Part shown: in pieces, positions 29,653-38,408 of the stretch | Layout of the letters: the number at the start of each line of letters is the position of its first letter | How positions within the stretch are numbered: the first letter of the stretch is position 1 | From: an uncultured Candidatus Saccharibacteria bacterium | GTDB taxonomy: Bacteria > Patescibacteriota > Minisyncoccia > UBA6257 > GWB1-50-10 | Length of the DNA: 64,000 nucleotides | Direction: 5' to 3' | Assembly: GCA_964365955.1 (NCBI GenBank) | Contig: CAYISA010000001.1 | Span: forward strand, 18,607-82,606 | The notes under the pieces: generated by a model | What the model was told of the DNA's origin: nothing | Seen by the model: only the letters and a program-made list of their open reading frames with translations | Databases searched by the model: none | Position numbers and translations under genes: made by a program

Positions 29653-29664
29653 TTTTAATGATTT

Positions 29665-29693
29665 TTGACATTTTGCCAGTGATAGTGGATAAT
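29665..29693 (+). promoter_or_regulatory. sigma70-like promoter candidate (TTGACA-17 nt-GATAAT) upstream of the BNR/T9SS-CTD gene
   Basis: TTGACA at 29665-29670, 17-nt spacer, GATAAT at 29688-29693. GAAAGGGG Shine-Dalgarno-like sequence before the ATG at 29757. Confidence 0.5.
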
Positions 29694-29756
29694 CTCATCA
29701 GCTAATTTCAAACTAAATAACTGATGTACCACTAATTAAAGAAAGGGGCGTTTAAT

Positions 29757-32516
29757 ATGAAACGCTTTGTTGTTTTTCTTGCTGGTTTGTTTTTCCTTAC
29801 ATCCCTTGTCGCAACCGGCCAATCGTTTGTTCCGACGCAAGGACCGTACGGAAAAGATGTGTTTTCGATTGCTCGCGGAACTGGCGGCCGCATATTTGCA
29901 GGAGCGGAAGATAATCTGTACCGTTTCCGCGATACCGCATGGGCCAATGTTCTTGTTTACAATGACCTCCCGGTTATCTCCAACACCAAACCGATGGCAA
30001 GTTTGAACGGAGAAGTTATTGTTTATGCAAGTTCTCGGTTCATGTCGTATCGAACTTTATATGTGTCAAAAGATGGCGGTGCCACATGGAATACAGAATT
30101 CGCGAGCGGATTCCCGGACGGTCCCCCCCCTTTGACGTGCCTTGCGTTTAACATAGAAGGGCAACTATTTACAGGGACACTAAGACGAGCATTTGCCGAT
30201 ACTGCCGTTGGTGGCGGCATCTGGCGATCACTTGATACTGCGAAGACATGGGAACGAGTCCGTGATACTACAAGCGGTCTAGGGCTTGATACTATTTCCG
30301 TCTATTCACTTACGGTTCGTGGAAACACGATCTTTGTGGGTGCGCAAAGCGGGATCTTTCTCTCAACCGATGCCGGCGCTACCTGGACGCATCATTTTTC
30401 TGATGTGTTTCCGGGGCATATTTATTCCGTTGCGATTGATAGTTCCGGGGACCTCTTCTTGAGCACGGATTATAATTACGGCAACGGAGAAGATATCTAC
30501 CGTTCCACCGACAACGGGACAACCTGGACGGGAATGGGACTAGGCGCTCACACGACCGTGCTTGCCGTGCATCCAAATGGCACTGTTTTTGGCGGTTCGC
30601 GTGAAAACCTCGGCGTTCTTCGATCCACAAACAATGGCATCACATGGGACGCCTCAAATCCGGCTATCGGGAACACCGCCGCAGGTGTACCAAAAATTGC
30701 ATCCATCGAATTCGGCGAGGACGGCAGTGTCTATGTAGGCGCTTTGCTCGATGGAGTATTCCGCTCAACGGATAATGGAACGACATGGAAACAGATAGGA
30801 ATTCCGGCGCAAACCTCTATGGTGGCGATTCCGGACACAGTTGCTCCGCCTCCTCTGATAAGCAAGCTTTTTACGGAATCGGTCTATCTTGATTCCGTTC
30901 CAAGCGCACTTCTTGCAGTCGCAAAAGGGTATCCCTATCAATCTGTCGATGGTGTTCGCTGGGAACGGTTTGAACTTCCTGGTTTCTCTGGATTTGTACA
31001 AACCGCAATCGTTTCACCAGGAAATTCATTTATGGCAACTCTTGGTGGAGGCATTTTCCGGTCACTGGATGGCGGATACACATGGGAACGATTAATATCT
31101 TTCCCAGCGCCAACTCAAAGAATTTATGCCATGGCAATGAGTCATGGGAATAAATTATTTGCAAGCGGTGATTTTGCTGAAGGATTGTATCGTTCTAGTG
31201 ATTTTGGAAATACGTGGGAACAGGTTTATCCATTAGTTGGATTAATTACTTCACTTGCTACGTCCCCACTCAATGATTCTTTAATCTTCGCTGGGGCGGA
31301 TGGAGTTCATCGAAGTACCGATGGTGGAACTTCGTGGGAACTGACTGGCCTTTCGGGCATCGGAATCACATCGCTCTCGGTTGACGCGGGTGGCATGGTC
31401 TACGCCGGAAATCAGGATGGCATCTATCGCTCAACCAACAACGGTACTACCTGGGAACCCCCAAGTGCGGAGTCGAGAGCACTGCGCGGAGTTCAAGGTG
31501 TAGGACCGACGAACGTGCTCTCGATTGCAAGCAAACACGTAAGTGTCTTTGCGGGAACCGAAACGTCGGGACTATATCTTTCCACGGATCAGGGAACTGG
31601 ATGGGAACCGATTAATGCGGGGCTCACCAGTTCCAAAATCCCTTCCGTTACGATCACGCGACGCGGTTATGTTTTTGCCGCAACTGACAAAGGCGTTTTC
31701 CGTTCTCTGTCACCGATTGCGGTAGCAGAGTACACATACGCGCTAACGGACGGATGGAATATGGTTTCACTTCCCGTGCGTCCAGACGATTCCCGGAAGA
31801 CATCGGTCTTCCCGTCGGCACAGTCCAAAGCGTTTGCCTATGACGGCGGTTATAACACCGAAGACGTTATGCAACGTGGCTCCGGCTATTGGGTAAAACA
31901 TCCAAGCGCAGGCATTGCTATATTAGGCACTCCGGTGGAACGTGAAACGGTGAGCGTAAGACAGGGCTGGAACATGATCGGCTCAATTACATCGCCTGTT
32001 CCCGTTGCAACCATCGGAAGCATCCCCGGTGGACTCGTCGTCTCGAATTTCTATGGGTGGAAGGGTGTCTCTCAAGTCTACGACACAGCAGACACCATCG
32101 GCCCCGGAAAAGCGTACTGGGTTAGAGCGTCGGCAAACGGCAAGTTGATACTTGCAAAAACGCCAGCAGCACAACCCTTCGCAATCGTGATTGTGCCCAC
32201 AGACGAAGCTCCGCCGCCACCTCCGGGATATAACGGAAAAGATATTCCAAAGAGCTTCATGCTTTATGGAAACTATCCAAATCCTTGGAACCCAACAACG
32301 GTGATCAAATTTGATCTCCCAGAAAATGCATCCGTGACTTTAAAAGTCTGGAATGTGTTGGGACAGGAAGTTCTGAAGGTGATGGACCATGTTCCGTATG
32401 AAGCGGGTCGCTATGAAATCACACTTCATTCCGACGAGCTGCCGAGTGGCATCTATTTCTACACGCTTCAGGCGGGAAATCATCTTGCAACCAAAAAGAT
32501 GATCCTTCTGAAGTAA
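29757..32516 (+). CDS. secreted BNR/Asp-box repeat (sialidase/Ycf48-like beta-propeller) protein with T9SS-type C-terminal sorting domain
   Basis: Signal peptide MKRFVVFLAGLFFLTSLVATGQS. At least eight S-x-D-x-G-x-T-W Asp-box motifs (STDAGATW, STDNGTTW, SLDGGYTW, STDGGTSW...). C-terminus NYPNPWNPTTVIKFDLPENASVTLKVWNVLGQEVLKV...SGIYFYTLQAGNHLATKKMILLK is a T9SS CTD. Confidence 0.8.
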   Translation: MKRFVVFLAGLFFLTSLVATGQSFVPTQGPYGKDVFSIARGTGGRIFAGAEDNLYRFRDTAWANVLVYNDLPVISNTKPMASLNGEVIVYASSRFMSYRTLYVSKDGGATWNTEFASGFPDGPPPLTCLAFNIEGQLFTGTLRRAFADTAVGGGIWRSLDTAKTWERVRDTTSGLGLDTISVYSLTVRGNTIFVGAQSGIFLSTDAGATWTHHFSDVFPGHIYSVAIDSSGDLFLSTDYNYGNGEDIYRSTDNGTTWTGMGLGAHTTVLAVHPNGTVFGGSRENLGVLRSTNNGITWDASNPAIGNTAAGVPKIASIEFGEDGSVYVGALLDGVFRSTDNGTTWKQIGIPAQTSMVAIPDTVAPPPLISKLFTESVYLDSVPSALLAVAKGYPYQSVDGVRWERFELPGFSGFVQTAIVSPGNSFMATLGGGIFRSLDGGYTWERLISFPAPTQRIYAMAMSHGNKLFASGDFAEGLYRSSDFGNTWEQVYPLVGLITSLATSPLNDSLIFAGADGVHRSTDGGTSWELTGLSGIGITSLSVDAGGMVYAGNQDGIYRSTNNGTTWEPPSAESRALRGVQGVGPTNVLSIASKHVSVFAGTETSGLYLSTDQGTGWEPINAGLTSSKIPSVTITRRGYVFAATDKGVFRSLSPIAVAEYTYALTDGWNMVSLPVRPDDSRKTSVFPSAQSKAFAYDGGYNTEDVMQRGSGYWVKHPSAGIAILGTPVERETVSVRQGWNMIGSITSPVPVATIGSIPGGLVVSNFYGWKGVSQVYDTADTIGPGKAYWVRASANGKLILAKTPAAQPFAIVIVPTDEAPPPPPGYNGKDIPKSFMLYGNYPNPWNPTTVIKFDLPENASVTLKVWNVLGQEVLKVMDHVPYEAGRYEITLHSDELPSGIYFYTLQAGNHLATKKMILLK

Positions 32517-32529
32517 GTGTTCGGATTCA

Positions 32530-32565
32530 AAACCCCCGCGCTTTTTGCGGGGGTTTTTATTTTTG
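32530..32565 (+). terminator. rho-independent terminator (aacccccgcgctttttgcgggggttttt)
   Basis: Perfect hairpin and T-tract immediately after the 29757..32516 stop. Confidence 0.75.
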
Positions 32566-32622
32566 GTGGACCCATGGAGAATCGAGCTCCAGCCTCGGCA
32601 ACTTGCCCGCCCACCATTCTTG

Positions 32623-32693
32623 TGGACCTAGCGAGAATCGAACTCGCGTCTCCACAATGCGAATGTGGCGTCTTGCCACTGGACCATAGGCCC
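32623..32693 (-). tRNA. tRNA-Ala (anticodon CGC), CCA not encoded
   Basis: Manual fold of GGGCCUA acceptor with G3:U70, A73, anticodon stem CCACA/UGUGG with loop UUCGCAU, T-arm GCGAG-UUCGAUU-CUCGC. Flanked by a ~20-bp inverted repeat (32594-32617 / 32716-32739). Confidence 0.75.
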
Positions 32694-32782
32694 GATAAAC
32701 AAGCTTATGGTGGGCGGGTAAAAATGCCGCGTAATACCACTTTACTATGGGCCCCAAAATCAATTTTCAAAATGTCTGAATT

Positions 32783-32897
32783 GGTCGGGCTGCTGGGAAT
32801 CTTTCTCCCCCGTCACTATCGCTCCTCTTCCGAAACCCGCCACACCCGCTTTCTTCGTGCCCCGCACGCGCGGCCGTCGGCTTCGATTTCCATCTCC
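32783..32897 (-). repeat. tRNA-trailer element E3 (~115 nt) ending in a copy of the tRNA-Pro 3' end
   Basis: Minus-strand reading: ggagatggaaatcgaag (inverted T-arm copy)...gcgggtttcggaagaggag...cgggggagaaaga + attcccagcagcccgacc (17/18 identical to the tRNA-Pro 3' end). The core aligns with E1 (42296..42428) and E2 (43960..44072). Confidence 0.7.
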
Positions 32898-32955
32898 CAA
32901 ACAAAAGTATACCTTCTAATGGAATTTATTTGCAAACAACAAGCGCTTAAACCGG

Positions 32956-33026
32956 TCGGGCTGCCGGGAATCGAACCCGGTCTACACGCACCCGAAGCGT
33001 GCGTACTACCGGCATACTCCAGCCCG
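32956..33026 (-). tRNA. tRNA-Pro (anticodon CGG), CCA not encoded
   Basis: C1:G72 acceptor (CGGGCUG/CAGCCCG), A73, anticodon stem CACGC/GCGUG with loop UUCGGGU, T-arm CCGGG-UUCGAUU-CCCGG. Confidence 0.75.
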
Positions 33027-33072
33027 AAACGTTCTTCACTATACCCGAAGTCATTCTACTCGTAAAGAGAAT

Positions 33073-34563
33073 TTACTGCACGTGGTGCTTTGCCTTCATT
33101 TTTTCTTCAATACCGGTTTCAAATTCTTCTTTCGTCCCGCGCGCTTTTTTTGATAAGTCGTGAAGCCTGCTTTCGGTCATCTCCCCCAGTTCCTTCGATC
33201 GCGTACTCAAATATGCCTCCGCATTCCGTTCGGGATCTTCCAAAACCTCTTCGAGTAAAATCGAGAGGATCTGACCGATTTTCGGTCCCGCGGGAATTTT
33301 CAAAAGTTCCATCAATCCATCCCCCTTCAGTCTTAACATCTTCGGATGAATCGGATCGCGACGCACCTTATCGATCATGAACTGCAGGTGGCGCAGTTTA
33401 TATGGAAATGCCTTAGGAACACCCGAACCGATCCGGTCCGCTTCGCGCACCTTCAGCAAATCATCCACATTTTCCATTCCCACGCGGCTTAAAAATCGTC
33501 GCACGCCGGTTTCCGTAACTTCACCCACGTTGTAATAAAAAAGATGACAGCGTACCAAATGTGCAACGCGTTCAATAATGTCCTTCGAAAATCGTAGACG
33601 ATCTAGAATTTTCAGAGTCATTTTTGCCCCCACAACTTCATGATTATAAAATGTGGAATCATGGCCATCCCCTGCCTTTGTGCGCGGTTTTCCCACGTCA
33701 TGTAAAAGCGAAGCGAGACGCACTTCCAGCGAATACCCCTTTTCAACCGCGTAATTCAGCGCCCGCACATTGTGATCAAAAACGGTAAAGATGTGATGTT
33801 TGTTTTGCCCGCACCCAATTCCTTCGCGAAGTTCGGGAATGATGAATTTCAGAAGCCCTGTATCTTCTAGCATCACAATTCCGTCCGCCGCGCGATCCGT
33901 CATCAATAGTTTTGTTAATTCATCGCGGATACGTTCTTGCGAAATAAGTCCCAGCGCGCCGGAACGCTCCCGGATCGCTTTATAAGTTTCCGGCTCAACC
34001 ACAAACCCCAGATCTGACGAAAATCGCACTGCCCGCAAAAGACGCAGAGCGTCTTCCTCAAAGCGCCGGTGCGGTTCACCCACCGCGCGGATAATTTTAT
34101 TTCCGATATCCGCGACCCCTCCATACGGATCGATGAGTGCAGAGGCGTCTTTTTGAAACGAGAGCGCCAGCGCGTTCACGGTAAAATCGCGGCGCGCCAG
34201 ATCGTCTTCTACGGTTGCGGCAAATTTTACTTCGTCGGGGTGTCGCTTGTCCGAATAGGTTCCTTCAATCCGATACGTCGTGACTTCTACTACTTTCAGT
34301 CGCGGATCCTCGGATTCGGTTTTTACACCCACCGTTCCGAAGATATTTTCATAGACGCTCTCCGGAAAGAGTTTTTGAATCTCATCGGGCTTTGCGTTCG
34401 TCGTGATATCCCAGTCCTTCGGTTCCCGTTTCAGAATAAGATCACGAACACACCCGCCAACCAAAAACGCCTCAAACCCCGCCTGGATAAGCGTCTCGGC
34501 AACATGAACAACCCCTTTGGGAATGGATCCATACGTCATAGGTTGTTTTAATTGTAATTTCAT
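33073..34563 (-). CDS. cca: CCA-adding tRNA nucleotidyltransferase with HD domain
   Basis: PolyA-polymerase head motif GGCVRDLIL, HD motif LLHDVGKP, 496 aa. Probable start MTYGSIPKG at 34539. Confidence 0.85.
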   Translation of the reverse strand: MKLQLKQPMTYGSIPKGVVHVAETLIQAGFEAFLVGGCVRDLILKREPKDWDITTNAKPDEIQKLFPESVYENIFGTVGVKTESEDPRLKVVEVTTYRIEGTYSDKRHPDEVKFAATVEDDLARRDFTVNALALSFQKDASALIDPYGGVADIGNKIIRAVGEPHRRFEEDALRLLRAVRFSSDLGFVVEPETYKAIRERSGALGLISQERIRDELTKLLMTDRAADGIVMLEDTGLLKFIIPELREGIGCGQNKHHIFTVFDHNVRALNYAVEKGYSLEVRLASLLHDVGKPRTKAGDGHDSTFYNHEVVGAKMTLKILDRLRFSKDIIERVAHLVRCHLFYYNVGEVTETGVRRFLSRVGMENVDDLLKVREADRIGSGVPKAFPYKLRHLQFMIDKVRRDPIHPKMLRLKGDGLMELLKIPAGPKIGQILSILLEEVLEDPERNAEAYLSTRSKELGEMTESRLHDLSKKARGTKEEFETGIEEKMKAKHHVQ

Positions 34564-34633
34564 TTGACACGATTTTCAACGCGATGTAGACTTTTTCTAG
34601 TACTTTAATCAACTAGAAAAGGGGTATTTTACT

Positions 34634-35017
34634 ATGGCATTTCCCTCTAAAGAGACGGGCGCGTTGCTCACGAAAATCATCGAGTTCCAAGAAACGACCC
34701 TGCCCCAAAGCGAAAAACTTGCGGAAGACCTGGGGTCTTTGCTCCAAGAAATTTTGAAAAGCGCTGATGAATCTAACAAACAGATGGAAAATCTGGAAAA
34801 AGTAAACGGGGACTTAGAGAAAAAAGTCCAAGAATTACAAAATACATTGGTGGATCCGAAAGAGATCCAGAACGAAGCGATTCAGATCATTCTGCGGCGC
34901 ATTCTCGATAGCGAACCTGACGCAACACTGCGCCCGAAACTTGAGCGACTGATTGAAATCACACTGCACGAACGTATCTACCTCACTCCCGACCAGATCG
35001 CGCTCAAGATTTCTTAA
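34634..35017 (+). CDS. hypothetical coiled-coil protein (127 aa)
   Basis: Acidic, Lys/Glu-rich helical sequence followed by a terminator. No recognisable motif. Confidence 0.4.
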   Translation: MAFPSKETGALLTKIIEFQETTLPQSEKLAEDLGSLLQEILKSADESNKQMENLEKVNGDLEKKVQELQNTLVDPKEIQNEAIQIILRRILDSEPDATLRPKLERLIEITLHERIYLTPDQIALKIS

Positions 35018-35025
35018 GCTCATAT

Positions 35026-35056
35026 GCCGTCTTTATAAAAGGCGGCTTTTTATTTT
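35026..35056 (+). terminator. rho-independent terminator (gccgtctttataaaaggcggc + T-tract)
   Basis: Hairpin plus TTTTTATTTT after the 34634..35017 stop. Confidence 0.6.
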
Positions 35057-35083
35057 GAAATGTCTGCGGTACACTAAAATTAT

Positions 35084-35158
35084 GCCCCTGTGGTGAAAAG
35101 GATATCACGACTGGCTTCGAACCAGTTGTTGGGGGTTCGAATCCCTCCGGGGGCACCA
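35084..35158 (+). tRNA. tRNA-Arg (anticodon TCG), CCA encoded
   Basis: Acceptor GCCCCUG/CGGGGGC, D-arm GUGA...UCAC, anticodon stem ACUGG/CCAGU with loop CUUCGAA, T-arm GGGGG-UUCGAAU-CCCUC, A73-CCA. Confidence 0.75.
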
Positions 35159-35165
35159 CGACATT

Positions 35166-35489
35166 ATGCAGTGGATTTTACCTCTTTTAATTCTTATCAT
35201 CTTTGAAGCCATCGCGGATGTACTGGCGAAAGAATGGTCGCTACACGGTCTTTGGATCCGCGCAACGGGCGCCCTTCTTGCTTATCTTTTAGCAAACACT
35301 TTCTGGCTCTTTGCGCTCAAGAACGGATCCGGGCTCGGACGAGGCGTGATCATTTTTTCCGTAGTTTCTGCGATTCTTGCGGTCTTCATCGGTTTCGTAT
35401 TTTATAAGGAAAATCTTACCACGCTTCAGATTGTCGGCGTTCTCGTCGGCATCATCTCTATTGTGCTTATTTTTTGGGACTCATCGTAG
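35166..35489 (+). CDS. small 4-TM membrane protein (SMR/EamA-like)
   Basis: 107 aa, four hydrophobic helices. Resembles a small-multidrug-resistance / DMT-superfamily half-transporter. Confidence 0.5.
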   Translation: MQWILPLLILIIFEAIADVLAKEWSLHGLWIRATGALLAYLLANTFWLFALKNGSGLGRGVIIFSVVSAILAVFIGFVFYKENLTTLQIVGVLVGIISIVLIFWDSS

Positions 35490-35537
35490 GTTCTTCCCAA
35501 AAATTCGGAAGTGCGGTATATATGTATAGATCAACGT

Positions 35538-35610
35538 ACCGCCTGTAGCTCAATTGGCAGAGCAGCTCCCTCTTAAGGAGACGGTTGAAGGTTCAAGTCC
35601 TTCCAGGCGG
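35538..35610 (+). tRNA. tRNA-Lys (anticodon CTT), CCA not encoded
   Basis: Acceptor CCGCCUG/CAGGCGG, D-arm GCUC...GAGC, anticodon loop CUCUUAA (the 27:43 pair is G:A), T-arm GAAGG-UUCAAGU-CCUUC, A73. Confidence 0.7.
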
Positions 35611-35825
35611 ACAAAAAAATAGCGCCGTGACGGGCGCTATAAGCGTAGATTCGGAAAGAAATGAAGCTACCCACCAAACTAAGATTTTTTTGACTTCAAC
35701 AGTTTCTGTTCCATCTTTTGAAGCTCGGCAAGCTGACGTTTTTTCTTGGGCGTAAGAATCACTCCTTTGATGGGGCTGATAAGAATCCCGTCAAAAAATT
35801 CAGTCAGTTTTTGAAGCACTTCGCC

Positions 35826-36041
35826 CTAGAAATCGAGTCTTTTTTTCTGCGATTGAATTCTTTTTTCGATTTTTGATGCCTTTAATTTATTTCCCCGAAC
35901 TCCCACGATATGACATGACTTCCCGCACTTAGCACAAGAAAAGTTAAAAGTGCAGATCTCTTTGCTACCAGGAAAATCAGGTATGCCATGCGTTTTTACC
36001 TTAGCATGACAACATTTCGATCTGTAATTCTGCTCGAACAT
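35826..36041 (-). CDS. small Cys-rich zinc-ribbon-like ORF (tentative)
   Basis: 71 aa, KCCHAK...CTFNFSCAKCGKSCH. The ORF stops at TAG and continues in frame for another 46 codons (GEVLQKLTEFFDGILISPIKGVILTPKKKRQLAELQKMEQKLLKSKKS). Confidence 0.25.
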   Translation of the reverse strand: MFEQNYRSKCCHAKVKTHGIPDFPGSKEICTFNFSCAKCGKSCHIVGVRGNKLKASKIEKRIQSQKKRLDF

Positions 36042-36146
36042 TTCATCTTCTCCATTTTTTTGAAAAGGCTAACTCCAGTATCACTCTTTTGCGGGTCATG
36101 TCAAACGGTCGAAAAATACCGAAAAATCTGGTATACTGGTGCGCGC

Positions 36147-38336
36147 ATGAAGGGAAATCACGAACTCTTGACGCCTCTTTCGGAAATCCATGGAATCGGC
36201 GCGCGGTTTCTTGAGAAACTCGCACGCTTGCATATCTATACCGTGAAAGATCTTCTGTGGCACTTCCCCACCCGCTACGAAGATTTCAGAACAATTTATA
36301 AAATTGCGGATCTTATTCCAAATCAGGAGGCAACCATTCAAGGAGTTGTGGAAAAGATAAAAAGCCGGCATACCTGGCGCCGGAATCTATTCCTAATGGA
36401 AGCGGACATTTCGGATGATACTGGCACCATCCGCGCCCTATGGTTTAACCAACCCTATATCCAAAATGTTCTTCAGCCGGGAAAACAGGCTAATTTTTCC
36501 GGGAAAGTGGTTCTTTCGCGAAAAGAGAGTGATCTGTATCTTTCAAACCCAACCTATGAAGTGTTGCGCTCCGGACATTCCTCTTTCGACGAAACAGGAG
36601 CACCCATTGAGACACCCACGGAAACACGTCACACCGCGCGCATTGTGCCAATCTACCCCGAAACACGCGGGTTCACTTCCAAAGGACTACGGTACCTTAT
36701 CAAACCGATTTTAGATAATCTTCCTGAGATTCCCGAAACCATTCCGGAAGAAGTACTTAAAGGAGAAAACTTTCCAACTGTCTCGAACGCTCTCCAAAAT
36801 GTCCATTTCCCCGAAACTCTCGAGGATGCGATTGCCGCAAAACGCCGCTTTGCGTTTGAAGATCTTTTTCTTTTGCAGCTGTGGAGTGTCCGCGAGCGGC
36901 TAAAATTCGCTAAAGAACGTGCGCCGCAAATTCATGTCGATATTGCCGTTATTAAAAACTATATCGCCGCGCTTCCGTTTGCACTGACCAAGTCCCAAAA
37001 AAAAACGTTGTGGGAAATTATGCAGGATTTAGGGCGCCCCCACCCCATGAACCGGCTTCTCCAGGGCGATGTGGGATCCGGAAAAACCATCGTAGCGGCG
37101 ATCGCGGCGCTTGAAACTGCCCACACGGAGTACCAGACGGCGTTTATGGCGCCTACCGAACTCTTGGCTCGCCAGCACTATAAAACGTTTCAGAAATTTT
37201 TCCGCGATTTTGACGGCGGCATCGCACTCCTGACCTCCAGCGAAGCTAAGATGCAGTACGGTCATCAACTGGAGAGCGAGATGCGGAAAGCGGCGCTACT
37301 TGACCATATCGAACAGAATAAAATTAAAATTGTGATTGGAACTCACGCGTTGATTCAAAAAACAGTCACATTTCCGAAACTTGGGTTGGTAGTGGTAGAC
37401 GAACAGCACCGCTTCGGAGTCCGCCAACGGGATGTGCTTTTAAAGCATAACCTCGGGAACAAAAAAGAACATCCTCCCATCCCGCATTTTCTTAGTATGA
37501 GCGCGACGCCGATCCCCCGAACACTCAACCTTACGCTTTTCGGCGATCTGGATCTTTCGCTGATTACGGAACTTCCAAAAGACCGGAAGCCGATTCTTAC
37601 CAAAGTGGTTCCTCCCAAAGACCGAACCAAAGCATATGCGTTTATCCGCAGTGAGATCAAAAAGAGCCGGCAGGTATTCGTCATCTGTCCCAGAATTGAA
37701 GTAGCCGCAGAGAATCCGTCCGCTTTCGGGAACGTAAATCCATTGCAAGAAATAAGAGCCGTGAAAGAAGAGTATAAGAAATTATCAGAAAAGATATTCC
37801 CCGATCTCCGCGTCGCCATGCTCCACGGTAGAATGAGACCGAAAGAAAAAGAGAAAACAATGCGGGAATTTTCCGAAGGGAAAAAAGATATCTTGGTTGC
37901 GACGTCAGTCATTGAAGTCGGCATCGATATTCCAAATGCCACCATCATGATAATCGAGGGCTCCGAACGATTCGGCCTAGCACAACTGTATCAGTTCCGC
38001 GGGCGCGTGGGACGGGGAGAACATCAGTCCTACTGCCTGCTTTTTACCGATGCATCGGGCACCCAAATAAAAGCGCGCCTCAAGGCGATCGTGGAGGCAA
38101 AAAACGGATTCGAGCTTGCGGAATATGACCTGAAAATGCGCGGACCCGGCGAGTTTTTGGGAGAGTCGCAAACCGGGATGCCGGACTTGGCAATGAAAGC
38201 CATACAGAATCCCGATCTGGTACAACATGCCCGCGAAGCCGCTACCAAACTTCTTGCAAAAGACCCGAACTTGAAAATATATCCGCTGCTTGCCGAACGC
38301 CTTGCAGAGTTTCAAAAAAATATGCACGGGGAATGA
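36147..38336 (+). CDS. recG: ATP-dependent DNA helicase RecG
   Basis: Wedge/OB N-terminus, helicase motif I GDVGSGKT, motif II VVDEQHRFG, C-terminal helicase domain. Start chosen at MKGNHELLTPLSEIHGIG (36147). The track ORF start at 35988 has a hydrophobic, unlikely extension. Confidence 0.9.
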   Translation: MKGNHELLTPLSEIHGIGARFLEKLARLHIYTVKDLLWHFPTRYEDFRTIYKIADLIPNQEATIQGVVEKIKSRHTWRRNLFLMEADISDDTGTIRALWFNQPYIQNVLQPGKQANFSGKVVLSRKESDLYLSNPTYEVLRSGHSSFDETGAPIETPTETRHTARIVPIYPETRGFTSKGLRYLIKPILDNLPEIPETIPEEVLKGENFPTVSNALQNVHFPETLEDAIAAKRRFAFEDLFLLQLWSVRERLKFAKERAPQIHVDIAVIKNYIAALPFALTKSQKKTLWEIMQDLGRPHPMNRLLQGDVGSGKTIVAAIAALETAHTEYQTAFMAPTELLARQHYKTFQKFFRDFDGGIALLTSSEAKMQYGHQLESEMRKAALLDHIEQNKIKIVIGTHALIQKTVTFPKLGLVVVDEQHRFGVRQRDVLLKHNLGNKKEHPPIPHFLSMSATPIPRTLNLTLFGDLDLSLITELPKDRKPILTKVVPPKDRTKAYAFIRSEIKKSRQVFVICPRIEVAAENPSAFGNVNPLQEIRAVKEEYKKLSEKIFPDLRVAMLHGRMRPKEKEKTMREFSEGKKDILVATSVIEVGIDIPNATIMIIEGSERFGLAQLYQFRGRVGRGEHQSYCLLFTDASGTQIKARLKAIVEAKNGFELAEYDLKMRGPGEFLGESQTGMPDLAMKAIQNPDLVQHAREAATKLLAKDPNLKIYPLLAERLAEFQKNMHGE

Positions 38337-38408
38337 AGCGGTTTGCGTGCGAAAAACATATTGATATATAATCCGATTAGCACATTCCAAGAACTATAAG
38401 GAGTTTTT

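Noticed and set aside
32517-33065. 182-aa plus-strand ORF (MFGFKTPALFAGVFIFGG...) in the ORF track
   Set aside because: It runs across a terminator, tRNA-Ala, element E3 and tRNA-Pro on the opposite strand and has no RBS. Spurious.
35988-36146. N-terminal 53-aa extension of recG in the ORF track (MRFYLSMTTFRSVILLEHFIF...)
   Set aside because: Hydrophobic, unconserved, and overlaps the divergent small ORF. The RecG homology begins at the internal MKGNHELL start.
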